Shown: positions 1 through 9,553 of the stretch, in pieces
How positions within the stretch are numbered: the first letter of the stretch is position 1
How the letters are laid out: each line of letters starts with the position of its first letter
Virus record (IMG/VR): IMGVR_UViG_3300021403_000003
Span: 113,952 to 176,865 of that record
Source: a virus
Taxonomy: Duplodnaviria > Heunggongvirae > Uroviricota > Caudoviricetes
Reading direction: 5' to 3' (one strand)
DNA: 62,914 nucleotides
Translations under genes and position numbers: made by a program
The notes under the pieces: model-generated
Databases searched by the model: none
What the model was told of the DNA's origin: nothing
The model's input: only the letters and a program-made list of their open reading frames with translations

Positions 1-15
1 TTCAGAGGTTAAATC

Positions 16-594
16 ATGAAAAAGCTGATTGCGATTGGTGGTCTCCCAGCATCTGGCAAAACAACCATCATGAAAGAATTCATGAAAGGTAAAGAGTTGG
101 AGAAACAAACTCCGAAGGAACTTGTAATTACAATGTACGACAAACATTACAAATTACACATTGTTGGTGATTATAGTGACCCAAATGAGCAATTTCCTGG
201 TCTTGATAGACTCAGCATGGCAGTCCAACCAAAAGCTATTGAGTTTTTGAACGAAACAACGGCCAATGTGTTGTTTGAGGGTGACAGACTTTTCACTGCA
301 AGCTTCCTTGAAGTGGCATCAGAGCTCGTTGACAAAGGACTTTTGGACCTGAAGATCTTGATGGTAAATGCTGATCCCGCTATTGTTGAACAACGTCACA
401 AAGATCGTAATGACTCCCAAACTGAGAAATTCCTCAAGGGGAGAGCTACTAAGTATGACAATATTCGTTCATCTTTGGTTTTGATGCCTTATATTCAAGA
501 GGTTTCAAACAATAACGAATCAGATCTTAAGGCTATCGTAAATTGGCTCCGTCTCGAGCTTCACGATAGTGATGAAGTGGTTGAATTGATTTAG
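16..594 (+). CDS. P-loop nucleotide kinase-like protein
   Basis: N-terminal Walker A GGLPASGKTT, plus DRLSMAVQP and LFEGDRL motifs recalled from phage P-loop nucleotide kinases linked to base modification. Confidence 0.6.
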   Translation: MKKLIAIGGLPASGKTTIMKEFMKGKELEKQTPKELVITMYDKHYKLHIVGDYSDPNEQFPGLDRLSMAVQPKAIEFLNETTANVLFEGDRLFTASFLEVASELVDKGLLDLKILMVNADPAIVEQRHKDRNDSQTEKFLKGRATKYDNIRSSLVLMPYIQEVSNNNESDLKAIVNWLRLELHDSDEVVELI

Positions 595-603
595 GAGTAC
601 ACA

Positions 604-1524
604 ATGGAATTAAGCATTTCTGTCGAAGAGCTTCGTAAGCGTAAATTGTTTATTGCTGTCCCAATGTATGGTGGTTTGAATCATGGGATGTTCATGAAAT
701 CCTGTCTTGATCTTCAAGGCATGCTTCAGCAATATGGCATCGAGTCTCGTTTCAGTTTCATTTTCAATGAATCGTTGATCACTCGTGCACGTAATTATTT
801 GTCTGATGAATTCATGCGTGCCGTGGGTACAGAGGTTGTTAAGGACGAAGTAGGTAATGTTTCTCTTGACGAAAAGGGTAATCCGAAAACTCGTGAAACC
901 CCTTACACTCATATGCTCTTCATTGATGCTGATATCCATTTTGATCCTCGTGATGTATTGGCTCTTTTGGCAATGGATAAAGATATTGCTGGTGGACCAT
1001 ATCCAAAGAAGTCTATCAAGTGGTGGGCTATCAAAGAAGCTGTTCAGAAACATCCAAACATTGAACCAGGTGAACTGGATAAATTGGTTGGTGATTACGT
1101 ATTCAATCCTGTTGTTGGTACTGGTCAATTTCAAGTCAGTGAACCATTGGAAGTGATGGAAATTGGTACCGGGTACATGATGATCAAACGCGAAGTTTTT
1201 GAGAAATTCGCTAAGTGTTATCCAGAATCAAAATACAAACCTGATCATGTTGGACAGAAATTCTTTGATGGTAGTCGTTACATTCATGCATTTTTTGACT
1301 GTATCATTGATAGAAAGCGTGAAATCACTACTATCAATGGTGAGAAAAAGGAAGTGGGTGGGAGTGAGCGTTATTTGTCAGAAGATTATTTTTTCTGTCA
1401 ACAGGTCCGCAACGCTGAAATTGGTAAGATTTGGTTGTGTCCATGGTTTAAAACTCATCACATTGGTACTTATGCATTTACTGGAGATCTTGGAGCTACA
1501 GCAAATCTGCTTGGTAAGCTCTAA
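604..1524 (+). CDS. GT-A fold glycosyltransferase (GT2-like)
   Basis: IAVPMYGG N-terminal strand, ESLITRARN, MLFIDAD (DxD), YLSEDYFFC; AGGAG RBS upstream. Confidence 0.8.
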   Translation: MELSISVEELRKRKLFIAVPMYGGLNHGMFMKSCLDLQGMLQQYGIESRFSFIFNESLITRARNYLSDEFMRAVGTEVVKDEVGNVSLDEKGNPKTRETPYTHMLFIDADIHFDPRDVLALLAMDKDIAGGPYPKKSIKWWAIKEAVQKHPNIEPGELDKLVGDYVFNPVVGTGQFQVSEPLEVMEIGTGYMMIKREVFEKFAKCYPESKYKPDHVGQKFFDGSRYIHAFFDCIIDRKREITTINGEKKEVGGSERYLSEDYFFCQQVRNAEIGKIWLCPWFKTHHIGTYAFTGDLGATANLLGKL

Positions 1525-1730
1525 TGGATCTTCGTCAAGTCCGCATAATCAAGCCTGATGGATCCGTGGTGCTTTGCCACGGATTCTCATTGCTTCGAAA
1601 AGGAGATGAATTTATCATTGAAGATGATGAATATATTTCATCCAATAAACGTTGGTTATGCACTACTGATCCTGAAAAGAATCATAATGGTATACTACAA
1701 GTGATTGCAAATGAATTGCACTTGGGTTGA
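1524..1730 (+). CDS. hypothetical protein
   Basis: TAATG stop/start coupling to the upstream gene. Confidence 0.6.
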   Translation: MDLRQVRIIKPDGSVVLCHGFSLLRKGDEFIIEDDEYISSNKRWLCTTDPEKNHNGILQVIANELHLG

Positions 1731-2004
1731 TTGTAACAAAGAAGCTGCACACTCCGAACTTGGTAAAGATGGTAAAGAATGGTGCAATCTTTGTGATGAG
1801 CATCATCAAACTCTTGAGACTTCTTATAAAGAACTTGATACCAGGAAGATTTTGAGTTATTGGGTCAAGGCTCAAGGTGGGGCTAGGAAAATCACTGATA
1901 AGATGCAACCTGAAATAGAACAAGCTGCAAAACTGATGGGAAAACTTGTGAATGGATTCGGTAAGTTCAAGGCAAATTCTAAGATTGATACCAGCAACTG
2001 GTAA
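1711..2004 (+). CDS. hypothetical protein (Cys/His-rich N-terminus)
   Basis: Fills the gap in a tightly packed operon; start uncertain. Confidence 0.55.
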   Translation: MNCTWVDCNKEAAHSELGKDGKEWCNLCDEHHQTLETSYKELDTRKILSYWVKAQGGARKITDKMQPEIEQAAKLMGKLVNGFGKFKANSKIDTSNW

Positions 2005-2006
2005 AT

Positions 2007-2456
2007 ATGACCGATACAATCGATCCAGTATTGATTTTACAAGGTATTTCAAGATTTGCACTTGAAATGGATGTTATCAAGGAAATAGAAGCAATTCTCA
2101 AACCACATTTTCCTTCATTGATATTGAATGTTGAAACAACAAGAAATTTAATGGATAAGAATTTTGTAGCATTCCATTGGCAATGGATGAATCATGCAAT
2201 ATATGATTCAGAATTAACAACACATAATGATGTAACATCCAAAGAATTAATGGAAGCTAAACCTCAAGTCTGTCTAAGAGTCCATCAAGCTGGTAAGACT
2301 TCATTTCATATTGACATTACAGAAGAATTACAAAGTAATGATCCTTATTGGTGTTGTGCTCAAAAATTGAGAGAATGTTTAGAAATTCGTAAACAGGATA
2401 TTGTTGAAGATATTACAAATAAAGCAATATTTGGTAAAGGAGCAAATCCATCATGA
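2007..2456 (+). CDS. hypothetical protein
   Basis: 149-aa ORF with ATGA overlap into the next gene. Confidence 0.65.
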   Translation: MTDTIDPVLILQGISRFALEMDVIKEIEAILKPHFPSLILNVETTRNLMDKNFVAFHWQWMNHAIYDSELTTHNDVTSKELMEAKPQVCLRVHQAGKTSFHIDITEELQSNDPYWCCAQKLRECLEIRKQDIVEDITNKAIFGKGANPS

Positions 2457-3112
2457 TAATCGGTATAGTCGGTTTGATTGGATCAGGTAAGGGAACAGTT
2501 GGTGACATACTGGTCCAGGACTATGGTTGGGTGGCAGAGAGCTTCGCCAAACCTTTGAAGGATGCAGTCGCTACTATTTTCGATTGGCCAAGACATTTGC
2601 TTGAGGGTGACACCAAGGAAAGCAGGGAATGGCGCGAGAATGTTGACTCCTGGTGGTCAGAGGCTCTTGGTTGGGAAGTCACCCCACGTCTTATACTCCA
2701 AAAGATGGGGACAGAGGCAGGCCGAAACGTGTTCGGAAAGCCATTGTGGACATCAGCTCTCATCAAACGTTTGTCAGCCCGGAAGAACTATGTGATCACT
2801 GATGTGCGTTTTGTCAATGAAATCGAAGCACTCAAGGGGTGTGGTGGTCATGTGATTCGCGTGAGACGTGGTCCAGAACCTGATTGGTTTCCTGTTGCTC
2901 AAGAATTTCTGAAGACAGAACCTCATATTGGTTCTGTGGAAATCCCAGAAAATGGTCGCTGGGTCACTGAAACTCTGGCCAAGCTGCCTCACCGCAGCGA
3001 ATGGGATTGGGTGAATTCACAGTTTGATTCGGTAATCTATAATGATGGATCACTTGATGATTTGAAGAAGGCAGTCCACTCCACAATTGGACTAATGTAT
3101 ATGGGTCGTTGA
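2453..3112 (+). CDS. 1: deoxynucleoside monophosphate kinase (T4 gp1-like)
   Basis: GLIGSGKGT P-loop, SFAKPLKDAV, TPRLILQKMGTE, ITDVRFVNE. Confidence 0.92.
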   Translation: MIIGIVGLIGSGKGTVGDILVQDYGWVAESFAKPLKDAVATIFDWPRHLLEGDTKESREWRENVDSWWSEALGWEVTPRLILQKMGTEAGRNVFGKPLWTSALIKRLSARKNYVITDVRFVNEIEALKGCGGHVIRVRRGPEPDWFPVAQEFLKTEPHIGSVEIPENGRWVTETLAKLPHRSEWDWVNSQFDSVIYNDGSLDDLKKAVHSTIGLMYMGR

Positions 3113-3164
3113 TTCTTCCATATATTTATTACACAATGTTTGAAACACCATAGAGGTTTATATT

Positions 3165-3857
3165 ATGAAGTTGAGTGATACCACGCTGAATATTTTCAAG
3201 AATTTCAGCACCATCAATCCTGGAATCGTTGTACGAGCAGGAAAACAAATTCGTACAATTTCAATCAACAAGGCAATTTTTGCCGATGCCACAGTTACAG
3301 AGGAATTTCCAAAGGAATTTGGAGTTTATGATCTTTCGAAGATGTTGGGTGTATTGTCTCTGCACGACAATCCAGAAATTGATTTTCAGGATCAAAACTT
3401 GGTTCTGAGTGGTGTTGGTGGTCGTGCCCGTACTCGTTTGCGTTACACTGACACAAAATTGATCCTTTCTCCAACCAAGGAAATTCCAATCAAGGAATGG
3501 GAAGTGAAATTTACATTGAGTAAGGAAGATTTGGTTTGGATTGAGAAAGTTGGTGCAGTGTTGAAGTGTCCAAACATTGTTATAGAAAACAATGAAGGAC
3601 AATTGACAGTTTCCGCAGCTGATGTAAAGGGAGAGGTTGTTGATGATTCTAATCTTGATCTTGGTAAGGTTGAAAATACCACACCATTCAAGTTTACGAT
3701 TAAGGTTGAAAATTTGAAGCTTCTTGAAGGCAACTATGTGGTTGAACTGTCCACCAAGGGTGTTGCAAAGTTTAGTAATCAGAATGTTACAGTAACCTAT
3801 TGGGTTGCAACTGAGAAAGCTCACAGCTTTTACGGAAAGAAAACAGAAGCTGCCTAA
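3165..3857 (+). CDS. 45: sliding clamp (gp45)
   Basis: MKLSDTTLNIFKNFSTINPGI and EFGVYDLSKMLGVLSL are typical gp45 sequences; synteny with gp44/gp62. Confidence 0.93.
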   Translation: MKLSDTTLNIFKNFSTINPGIVVRAGKQIRTISINKAIFADATVTEEFPKEFGVYDLSKMLGVLSLHDNPEIDFQDQNLVLSGVGGRARTRLRYTDTKLILSPTKEIPIKEWEVKFTLSKEDLVWIEKVGAVLKCPNIVIENNEGQLTVSAADVKGEVVDDSNLDLGKVENTTPFKFTIKVENLKLLEGNYVVELSTKGVAKFSNQNVTVTYWVATEKAHSFYGKKTEAA

Positions 3858-4060
3858 TGTTTGATGATTATATCAAACCATTGCGTTGGTACAGTTGTGA
3901 AGGTTGTTCAGCGCAATGTACATTTGAAGCTATGGTCATGTGTCATTTATCAGTTGACAAATGTCCAGTATCAATTAAATTGGCTCATGGCGAAATAGTT
4001 GATAGACGTTCTACAGATACAGATCCAAATTTTCCAAGTGAGTTTACTTATGCAGAATGA
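3857..4060 (+). CDS. hypothetical protein (Cys-rich)
   Basis: TAATG coupling; CxxC-like residues. Confidence 0.5.
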   Translation: MFDDYIKPLRWYSCEGCSAQCTFEAMVMCHLSVDKCPVSIKLAHGEIVDRRSTDTDPNFPSEFTYAE

Positions 4061-4997
4061 CCATGTCCTTTGGGTGGAACGCTATAGACCACATAAAATC
4101 TCTGATTGTATCTTGCCAGAATCAATGAAGGCAACATTTCAGCAATATGTGACAAAGGGTGATGTACCAAACATGATTTTGGCCGGTGGTCCAGGTATGG
4201 GTAAGACCACTGTAGCTAGAGCAATGTGTGATGAGCTTGGTTTGGATCATATCCTTATCAATGGTTCAAATGAAAGTAATATTGACACATTAAGGACGAA
4301 AATTGTTGGGTATGCAAGTGCAGTTTCATTGACTGGTGGTCGTAAGGTCATCATCATTGATGAGGCTGATTATTTGAATCCCAATTCAACTCAACCTGCG
4401 TTTCGTGGTGTCATTGAAGAATACGCAGGAAATTGTTCATTTGTCTTCACCTGTAACTACAAGAGCCGCATCATTGAACCACTGCACAGTAGATGTGCAG
4501 TGGTTGATTTCAAGATTGATGCAACTGAGAAGCCAAAACTGGCTGGTCAGTTTTTCAAACGTATTCAACAGATTTTGATTGATGAGAAAGTTGAGTATGA
4601 CAAGGCAACAGTTGTTGAACTTGTCAAAAAATATTTCCCAGATTTCAGACGTGTTTTGAATGAGCTTCAGAGATATTCAATATCTGGTAAGATTGATGCT
4701 GGTATCTTTGCATCTCAAAATGCTGCTAAAGTTGATGAAGCTATCAAGTATTTGGTTGACAAAGACTTTGGTAGCCTCAGGAAGTGGGTCGGGTCAAATA
4801 TAGACACTGATACTGATGAACTTATGCGTTCAGTGTACGACCGTTTGTATGATACAGTTGACCCGAAATTCATTCCTGTGGCTGTCGTATTAATTGGTCG
4901 TTATATGTATCAAGCAGCATTTTGTGCTGACAAACAAATAAATCTCATGGCCATGTTTAGTGAGATGATGTTAGAGCTCGAATTCAAGAAATCATAA
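4050..4997 (+). CDS. 44: clamp loader large subunit (gp44)
   Basis: LWVERYRP, GGPGMGKTT Walker A, IIIDEAD Walker B, PLHSRC SRC motif; start moved to ATG 4050. Confidence 0.95.
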   Translation: MQNDHVLWVERYRPHKISDCILPESMKATFQQYVTKGDVPNMILAGGPGMGKTTVARAMCDELGLDHILINGSNESNIDTLRTKIVGYASAVSLTGGRKVIIIDEADYLNPNSTQPAFRGVIEEYAGNCSFVFTCNYKSRIIEPLHSRCAVVDFKIDATEKPKLAGQFFKRIQQILIDEKVEYDKATVVELVKKYFPDFRRVLNELQRYSISGKIDAGIFASQNAAKVDEAIKYLVDKDFGSLRKWVGSNIDTDTDELMRSVYDRLYDTVDPKFIPVAVVLIGRYMYQAAFCADKQINLMAMFSEMMLELEFKKS

Positions 4998-5009
4998 CAG
5001 AAATTTATC

Positions 5010-5297
5010 ATGAAAAGAAAAGAATTGAAACCTGTACCAAAAGAAATACATACCGTATTTGGTACTTTACATGAAGTTGAATTGACCCGTTGTACATTGA
5101 ACATTCATCCAGAATGCACTGGATACAGTGATGGTAGTGATCATTACTCAAAGGCTGAACGCGATTTGATTACAACTGAACCAATATCAGTAAATCATGT
5201 TCGTGGTGCTTGTAGAAAATGTTACAATATGCAATGTAAGATGAATCGTGAACGTAAGAAATCTGAAACGACTACATTAGATGAGTTGTTTTCATGA
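5010..5297 (+). CDS. hypothetical protein
   Basis: 95-aa ORF with a CRKC motif, in operon. Confidence 0.6.
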   Translation: MKRKELKPVPKEIHTVFGTLHEVELTRCTLNIHPECTGYSDGSDHYSKAERDLITTEPISVNHVRGACRKCYNMQCKMNRERKKSETTTLDELFS

Positions 5298-5524
5298 CTT
5301 TGATTATAGATGAAGAATTTTTCCTTGGTATAGCTAAAGCTATGGCCAGAAAGTATATGGATGATCTTACACAAAATTTGTGTAATGTTCAACCTGTTTC
5401 TATAGAAAGTATTAGTGATCCAGCTACAGGTGAAAATATCTTTACTTGGTCTTATGCCAAGCAGATATTTGAGAATAATTCCCGTGCAAGATGGGAAGAT
5501 GATGGAGGTTCAATTGTCTCTTGA
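5294..5524 (+). CDS. hypothetical protein
   Basis: ATGA overlap with the upstream ORF. Confidence 0.55.
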   Translation: MTLIIDEEFFLGIAKAMARKYMDDLTQNLCNVQPVSIESISDPATGENIFTWSYAKQIFENNSRARWEDDGGSIVS

Positions 5525-5963
5525 AATTGAAACTAGAGGAGCTCAGTCAGAATTGAATTGGGATCCTGTGAAAGCGGAATCTACAAAACTCAATTTGTTT
5601 AATGATTGGATTCCGAGTATCATGCAAACCAAGAAAAGTGTTGTGCGTGACGATCTAGATTGGAAAAGTTATGATGCATTCATGATCAACCGAGCATTGA
5701 GTTTACATCAGGATCTTTTTTTCATTGCTAATGAGATGAACAAACTTCCGCATCTCCCAAGGGAGATGCAATACGATTATTTCTTGAGTGCAGTTCGTTC
5801 TATGAAACGACCTTTTGTCCCTTGGCCCAAGAAAATTAGTGATGAAAACATGAAAATCGTTATGAGACATTTCAATTACAGTAGAAACAAAGCTCTACAA
5901 GCATTATCAATTCTCACAGAAAATCAAATTGATAAAATTAAAGCAAAATACAAAGACATTTGA
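5499..5963 (+). CDS. 62: clamp loader small subunit (gp62)
   Basis: FMINRALS..ANEMN..QYDYF..KRPFVPWPK..FNYSRNKALQALSIL; lies before regA; start uncertain. Confidence 0.88.
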   Translation: MMEVQLSLEIETRGAQSELNWDPVKAESTKLNLFNDWIPSIMQTKKSVVRDDLDWKSYDAFMINRALSLHQDLFFIANEMNKLPHLPREMQYDYFLSAVRSMKRPFVPWPKKISDENMKIVMRHFNYSRNKALQALSILTENQIDKIKAKYKDI

Positions 5964-6019
5964 TCACAAATAACATCCCGATAAATACCATGACGACCAG
6001 AAAATAATGGGAGACTGTC

Positions 6020-6409
6020 ATGGATGTGGGTGTACAAATTGAACTACCTGATGATGATGCTTTTTTGAAAGTACGTGAAACATTGACCAGATGCGGAGTT
6101 GCAAGCAAGCAATCCAATACCCTCTATCAGTCATGTCACATTCTTCACAAACGTGGTCAATATTACATTGTTCATTTCAAAGAAATGTTCAAACTTGATG
6201 GTAAACCAAGTTCTTTTGATGAAAAGGATCTGGCTCGCCGAAATACTATTTGTGATCTTTTACAACAATGGGGTTTAGTCAAAGTTATTGATTTAAAATC
6301 AACTGAAATCAAAGCTCCAATGTCTCAAGTGAAGGTCATACCATTTAAAGAAAAGTCTAAATGGACACTTGTTGAGAAGTATCAAATCGGAAACAAAACA
6401 ACTTCTTAA
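6020..6409 (+). CDS. regA: translational repressor RegA
   Basis: DDAFLKVRETLTRCGVAS, LYQSCHILHKRGQYYIVHFKEMF, RRNTI. Confidence 0.96.
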   Translation: MDVGVQIELPDDDAFLKVRETLTRCGVASKQSNTLYQSCHILHKRGQYYIVHFKEMFKLDGKPSSFDEKDLARRNTICDLLQQWGLVKVIDLKSTEIKAPMSQVKVIPFKEKSKWTLVEKYQIGNKTTS

Positions 6410-6434
6410 GGAACAATAAGGTAAACTCTATATC

Positions 6435-7037
6435 ATGATAAAGTGGTTATTAAACCAACTTGACCGCCATGGTCGTAAAAAGATCATTATGGATCGTGAT
6501 GAGATAGAGCAATATCTCACTCGCTATTATGTGGCTTGGCCAGATGGTGAACATCGTGAAAGGAAGGATATTCCTTTCAATACATTTCTTCATCAATTCA
6601 TGAGAAGTGATGATCCTGTATTTCACAACCACCCTTGGGAGTGGTATTTCACTGTCATCCTGAAAGGTGGATATTGGGAACACACTCCTTGGGGAACAAC
6701 CTGGCGTGGTCCAGGCTCATGGAAATTTCAAAGAGGAAATCAGTTTCGTCTGTTGAAGCCAGCCACCAATGTTGACTTCTACAAAAGGTATGAATTGACC
6801 AAGGAAAACAAAGGTCGGCGCTTCAATCTTGTAAAAATTTGGAATGTATCTCCTGACAACAATCCTTTCCTTCACTCTGATCTTCATTGGGTAGAAGTAC
6901 CTGAACCAGGCAAGACTTGGACACTGTTTACAAGAGGAAGCACTTTCGGAGAATGGGGTTTCGTACCAGACATAAATACTGGTAAGTGGATACAACATGA
7001 AGAATACTTGAATTCTGTGAGGAAATCTAAACCATGA
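6435..7037 (+). CDS. cupin-like phage protein
   Basis: LHQFMRSDDPVFHNHPW and HWVE..TWTLF His motifs of a cupin-like metal site. Confidence 0.55.
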   Translation: MIKWLLNQLDRHGRKKIIMDRDEIEQYLTRYYVAWPDGEHRERKDIPFNTFLHQFMRSDDPVFHNHPWEWYFTVILKGGYWEHTPWGTTWRGPGSWKFQRGNQFRLLKPATNVDFYKRYELTKENKGRRFNLVKIWNVSPDNNPFLHSDLHWVEVPEPGKTWTLFTRGSTFGEWGFVPDINTGKWIQHEEYLNSVRKSKP

Positions 7038-7558
7038 ATGATCTTGAATTTCTCGGTCTTGCTGAATACGTCTCACGTTGGTCAAAAGATCCAAGCACCA
7101 AAGTTGGTGCAGTGATTGTTCGACCTGACCGTTCTATTTGCTCTGTTGGTTTCAATGGATTTCCTAAAAAGATGCCAGATGACGAAAATCTATACTTCAA
7201 CCGTGAGGAAAAATATAGTCGTATCATACATGGTGAGATCAATGCCAAAGAATTTGCTACGGAAAGGATTGACGGGTACACTTTATACACGTATCCTTTT
7301 ATACCATGTGATCGTTGTTTCGTACAAATGGTTCAAGCAGGGATTATTCGTTTTGTCGCACCGAAAGCAACTTCAGAACAATTGACTCGTTGGGGTGCAG
7401 CCTTTGACAAGGTTCGTAAATATGCCCAAGAGTGCCTTGTTCTGCTTGAAGAAATTGATTATAAACCTTTGTTTACAAACCACCCAATGATCAAAATTGA
7501 AAAACCTGTATTCATTTGTGATGATCATAACATAGAAGGTTGTGTGTTTTGTCAATGA
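7034..7558 (+). CDS. cd: dCMP deaminase
   Basis: SKDPSTKVGAVIV, HGEINA, PCDRC zinc motifs. Confidence 0.92.
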   Translation: MNDLEFLGLAEYVSRWSKDPSTKVGAVIVRPDRSICSVGFNGFPKKMPDDENLYFNREEKYSRIIHGEINAKEFATERIDGYTLYTYPFIPCDRCFVQMVQAGIIRFVAPKATSEQLTRWGAAFDKVRKYAQECLVLLEEIDYKPLFTNHPMIKIEKPVFICDDHNIEGCVFCQ

Positions 7559-8382
7559 AAATCAGCTATGTCAGTGACTTGCATTTAGAGTTTGGTGGTA
7601 ATGTTGAGTTGCCAGGAGGGGATTTACTTCTGTTGGCAGGTGATATTACTGTTGTTGATGGTTTACAGAAAAACAACAGGATTAAAGAAAATTTGAAGAG
7701 ATTTATCGAACAACAAGTCTCAAAATATAAACAGACGTTGATAATTCTCGGTAACCATGAACACTATCATGGCAACATTGATCAAACATTTATCAATTTG
7801 TGTGATTGGATAGGATTTCATCAATATCACACAATTCATTTGTTGGAAGATACTATTTTTGGTCTTGAAGCATTTGGTATCAAGAATTGGTTGGTGTATG
7901 GTGCAACCATGTGGACTGATTACAACAAAAACAATGATCTAGCAAAATGGGATGCATCCCGAAAAATGAATGATCATGCTTATATCACAAAGACAGAAGG
8001 GAAGGGTACAAGAAGATTCAGTCCCAATGATGCATATGATATTAACCAAAAGAGCACAATTGAGTTAATTCAAGCTGTTGAGGAATTCTCAACAGACAAT
8101 TTCATTGTAATGACTCATCATACTCCTGACATGAAAAGTTGTCATGAAAAGTGGAATAACGGAAACCTCTTGAATTATGCATTCCACAATACCCAACTAA
8201 GTAAAGTTGTGACGGATCATCCAAATATCAAATATTGGATTCATGGTCATACCCATGATAATATGGATTATAACATTGGTGATTGTCGTGTACTTTGTAA
8301 TCCTCGTGGATATTACAATTTCGTCAATCAAACAATCGAAAACAAAGATTTCGATCCTAACAAACATTTTGAGGTAACATAA
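7555..8382 (+). CDS. calcineurin-like metallophosphoesterase
   Basis: SDLHLE, AGDI, GNHEHY, THH, HGHTH, NPRGY motifs. Confidence 0.9.
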   Translation: MKISYVSDLHLEFGGNVELPGGDLLLLAGDITVVDGLQKNNRIKENLKRFIEQQVSKYKQTLIILGNHEHYHGNIDQTFINLCDWIGFHQYHTIHLLEDTIFGLEAFGIKNWLVYGATMWTDYNKNNDLAKWDASRKMNDHAYITKTEGKGTRRFSPNDAYDINQKSTIELIQAVEEFSTDNFIVMTHHTPDMKSCHEKWNNGNLLNYAFHNTQLSKVVTDHPNIKYWIHGHTHDNMDYNIGDCRVLCNPRGYYNFVNQTIENKDFDPNKHFEVT

Positions 8383-9227
8383 TGCGCGCAGGTTATACAC
8401 ATATCGTCTTTGTTCTTGACAGTTCATATTCTATGCATCGTATCAAAAAAGAAACTGTAGAAGGATTCAATATTTTTCTGAAAGCTCAAAGAGAAGCTCC
8501 TGGTTTTGCAACTTTGACTCAAATTCATTTTAGCAGCGGAGTTCATCTTAGAACTAAGAAAATTTCGAACCCTTTGGCTGGTTTATGGAAAAAAGATACA
8601 ACAATATTTGGTCAGGGAAAAGTTTTTGCTCAAGGCATTATTGCAGGTGGTTGTGTCATAGGACCAACTACCGATCAATTAACTTGCCATCCGACTGAAA
8701 TCGAAGTTCCTGATCCATATGCTATTGTTACTGACTTCAAAGATGTAAAGTCAGTTGAAGATCTTGTTATTGGTGTGACATATCAACCAAGTGGTAGCAC
8801 CCCTTTGTATGATACTTGGGGTCGCGCAATAAAAGAAACTGGTGAAAAACTGGCTTCTATGAAAGAAGAAGAAAGACCAGAAAAGGTTCTTTTCATTGTG
8901 TCGACCGATGGAGAAGAAAACTCTTCTCAAGAGTATAACAAATCCATGATTAGAGAAATGGTAGAACATCAGACAAATGTATACAGCTGGGATTTTACAT
9001 TCCTCGGTGCAAACATGGATGCGATGTTGGAAGCAACTTCTCTCGGTGTGAAAGCTGAAGCAGCTTTGACATATGGAGCAAATCATTTTGGAACTGCATC
9101 AACTTTCAACATGATTGCTGAAAAATCTGCAAATTATCGATCCTTATCAAGAGGAATTGCATCATCTTCTCTACAATTTAACGATGAAGAACGCACCGTT
9201 GCTATGGGCGGAGAAAAGACGACTTGA
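8382..9227 (+). CDS. von Willebrand factor A domain protein
   Basis: VLDSSYSM MIDAS motif, TPLYD, STDGEENSS, FLGAN. Confidence 0.85.
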   Translation: MRAGYTHIVFVLDSSYSMHRIKKETVEGFNIFLKAQREAPGFATLTQIHFSSGVHLRTKKISNPLAGLWKKDTTIFGQGKVFAQGIIAGGCVIGPTTDQLTCHPTEIEVPDPYAIVTDFKDVKSVEDLVIGVTYQPSGSTPLYDTWGRAIKETGEKLASMKEEERPEKVLFIVSTDGEENSSQEYNKSMIREMVEHQTNVYSWDFTFLGANMDAMLEATSLGVKAEAALTYGANHFGTASTFNMIAEKSANYRSLSRGIASSSLQFNDEERTVAMGGEKTT

Positions 9228-9451
9228 TTTTTGATAATGCAAAAATTGGCGACCAGTTTAAGGAGAAATCCACTGGTCGCTTAATCACAGTTAGCCAAAT
9301 TGGTTCATATGGTATTGATTACTCATGCGAACCATACACCCAAAAGTTTGGTGAAGGTGTATTTCACACAGTATCTGGTGGTCGTTTATACACCAAAAAT
9401 CCTGACCTCAATTGTTGGGATTTCTTGTATGAGAAAATTCTCAAGGAGTAG
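9224..9451 (+). CDS. hypothetical protein
   Basis: TTG start overlapping the upstream stop; GGAG upstream. Confidence 0.5.
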   Translation: MIFDNAKIGDQFKEKSTGRLITVSQIGSYGIDYSCEPYTQKFGEGVFHTVSGGRLYTKNPDLNCWDFLYEKILKE

Positions 9452-9454
9452 ATT

Positions 9455-9550
9455 ATGGGTCATGGTGTAGGTTTAAGTGGGCGTGGTAAAGGAAGAGCCA
9501 AGAAAGGATCAAAGAAGCGCAGGAAGCATTCCAAAAATAAGAAGAAATAA
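9455..9550 (+). CDS. 31-aa very basic peptide MGHGVGLSGRGKGRAKKGSKKRRKHSKNKKK
   Basis: Below the ORF-track cutoff; AAGGAG RBS at 9443-9448; exactly fills the gap between neighbours. Confidence 0.7.
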   Translation: MGHGVGLSGRGKGRAKKGSKKRRKHSKNKKK

Positions 9551-9553
9551 AGT

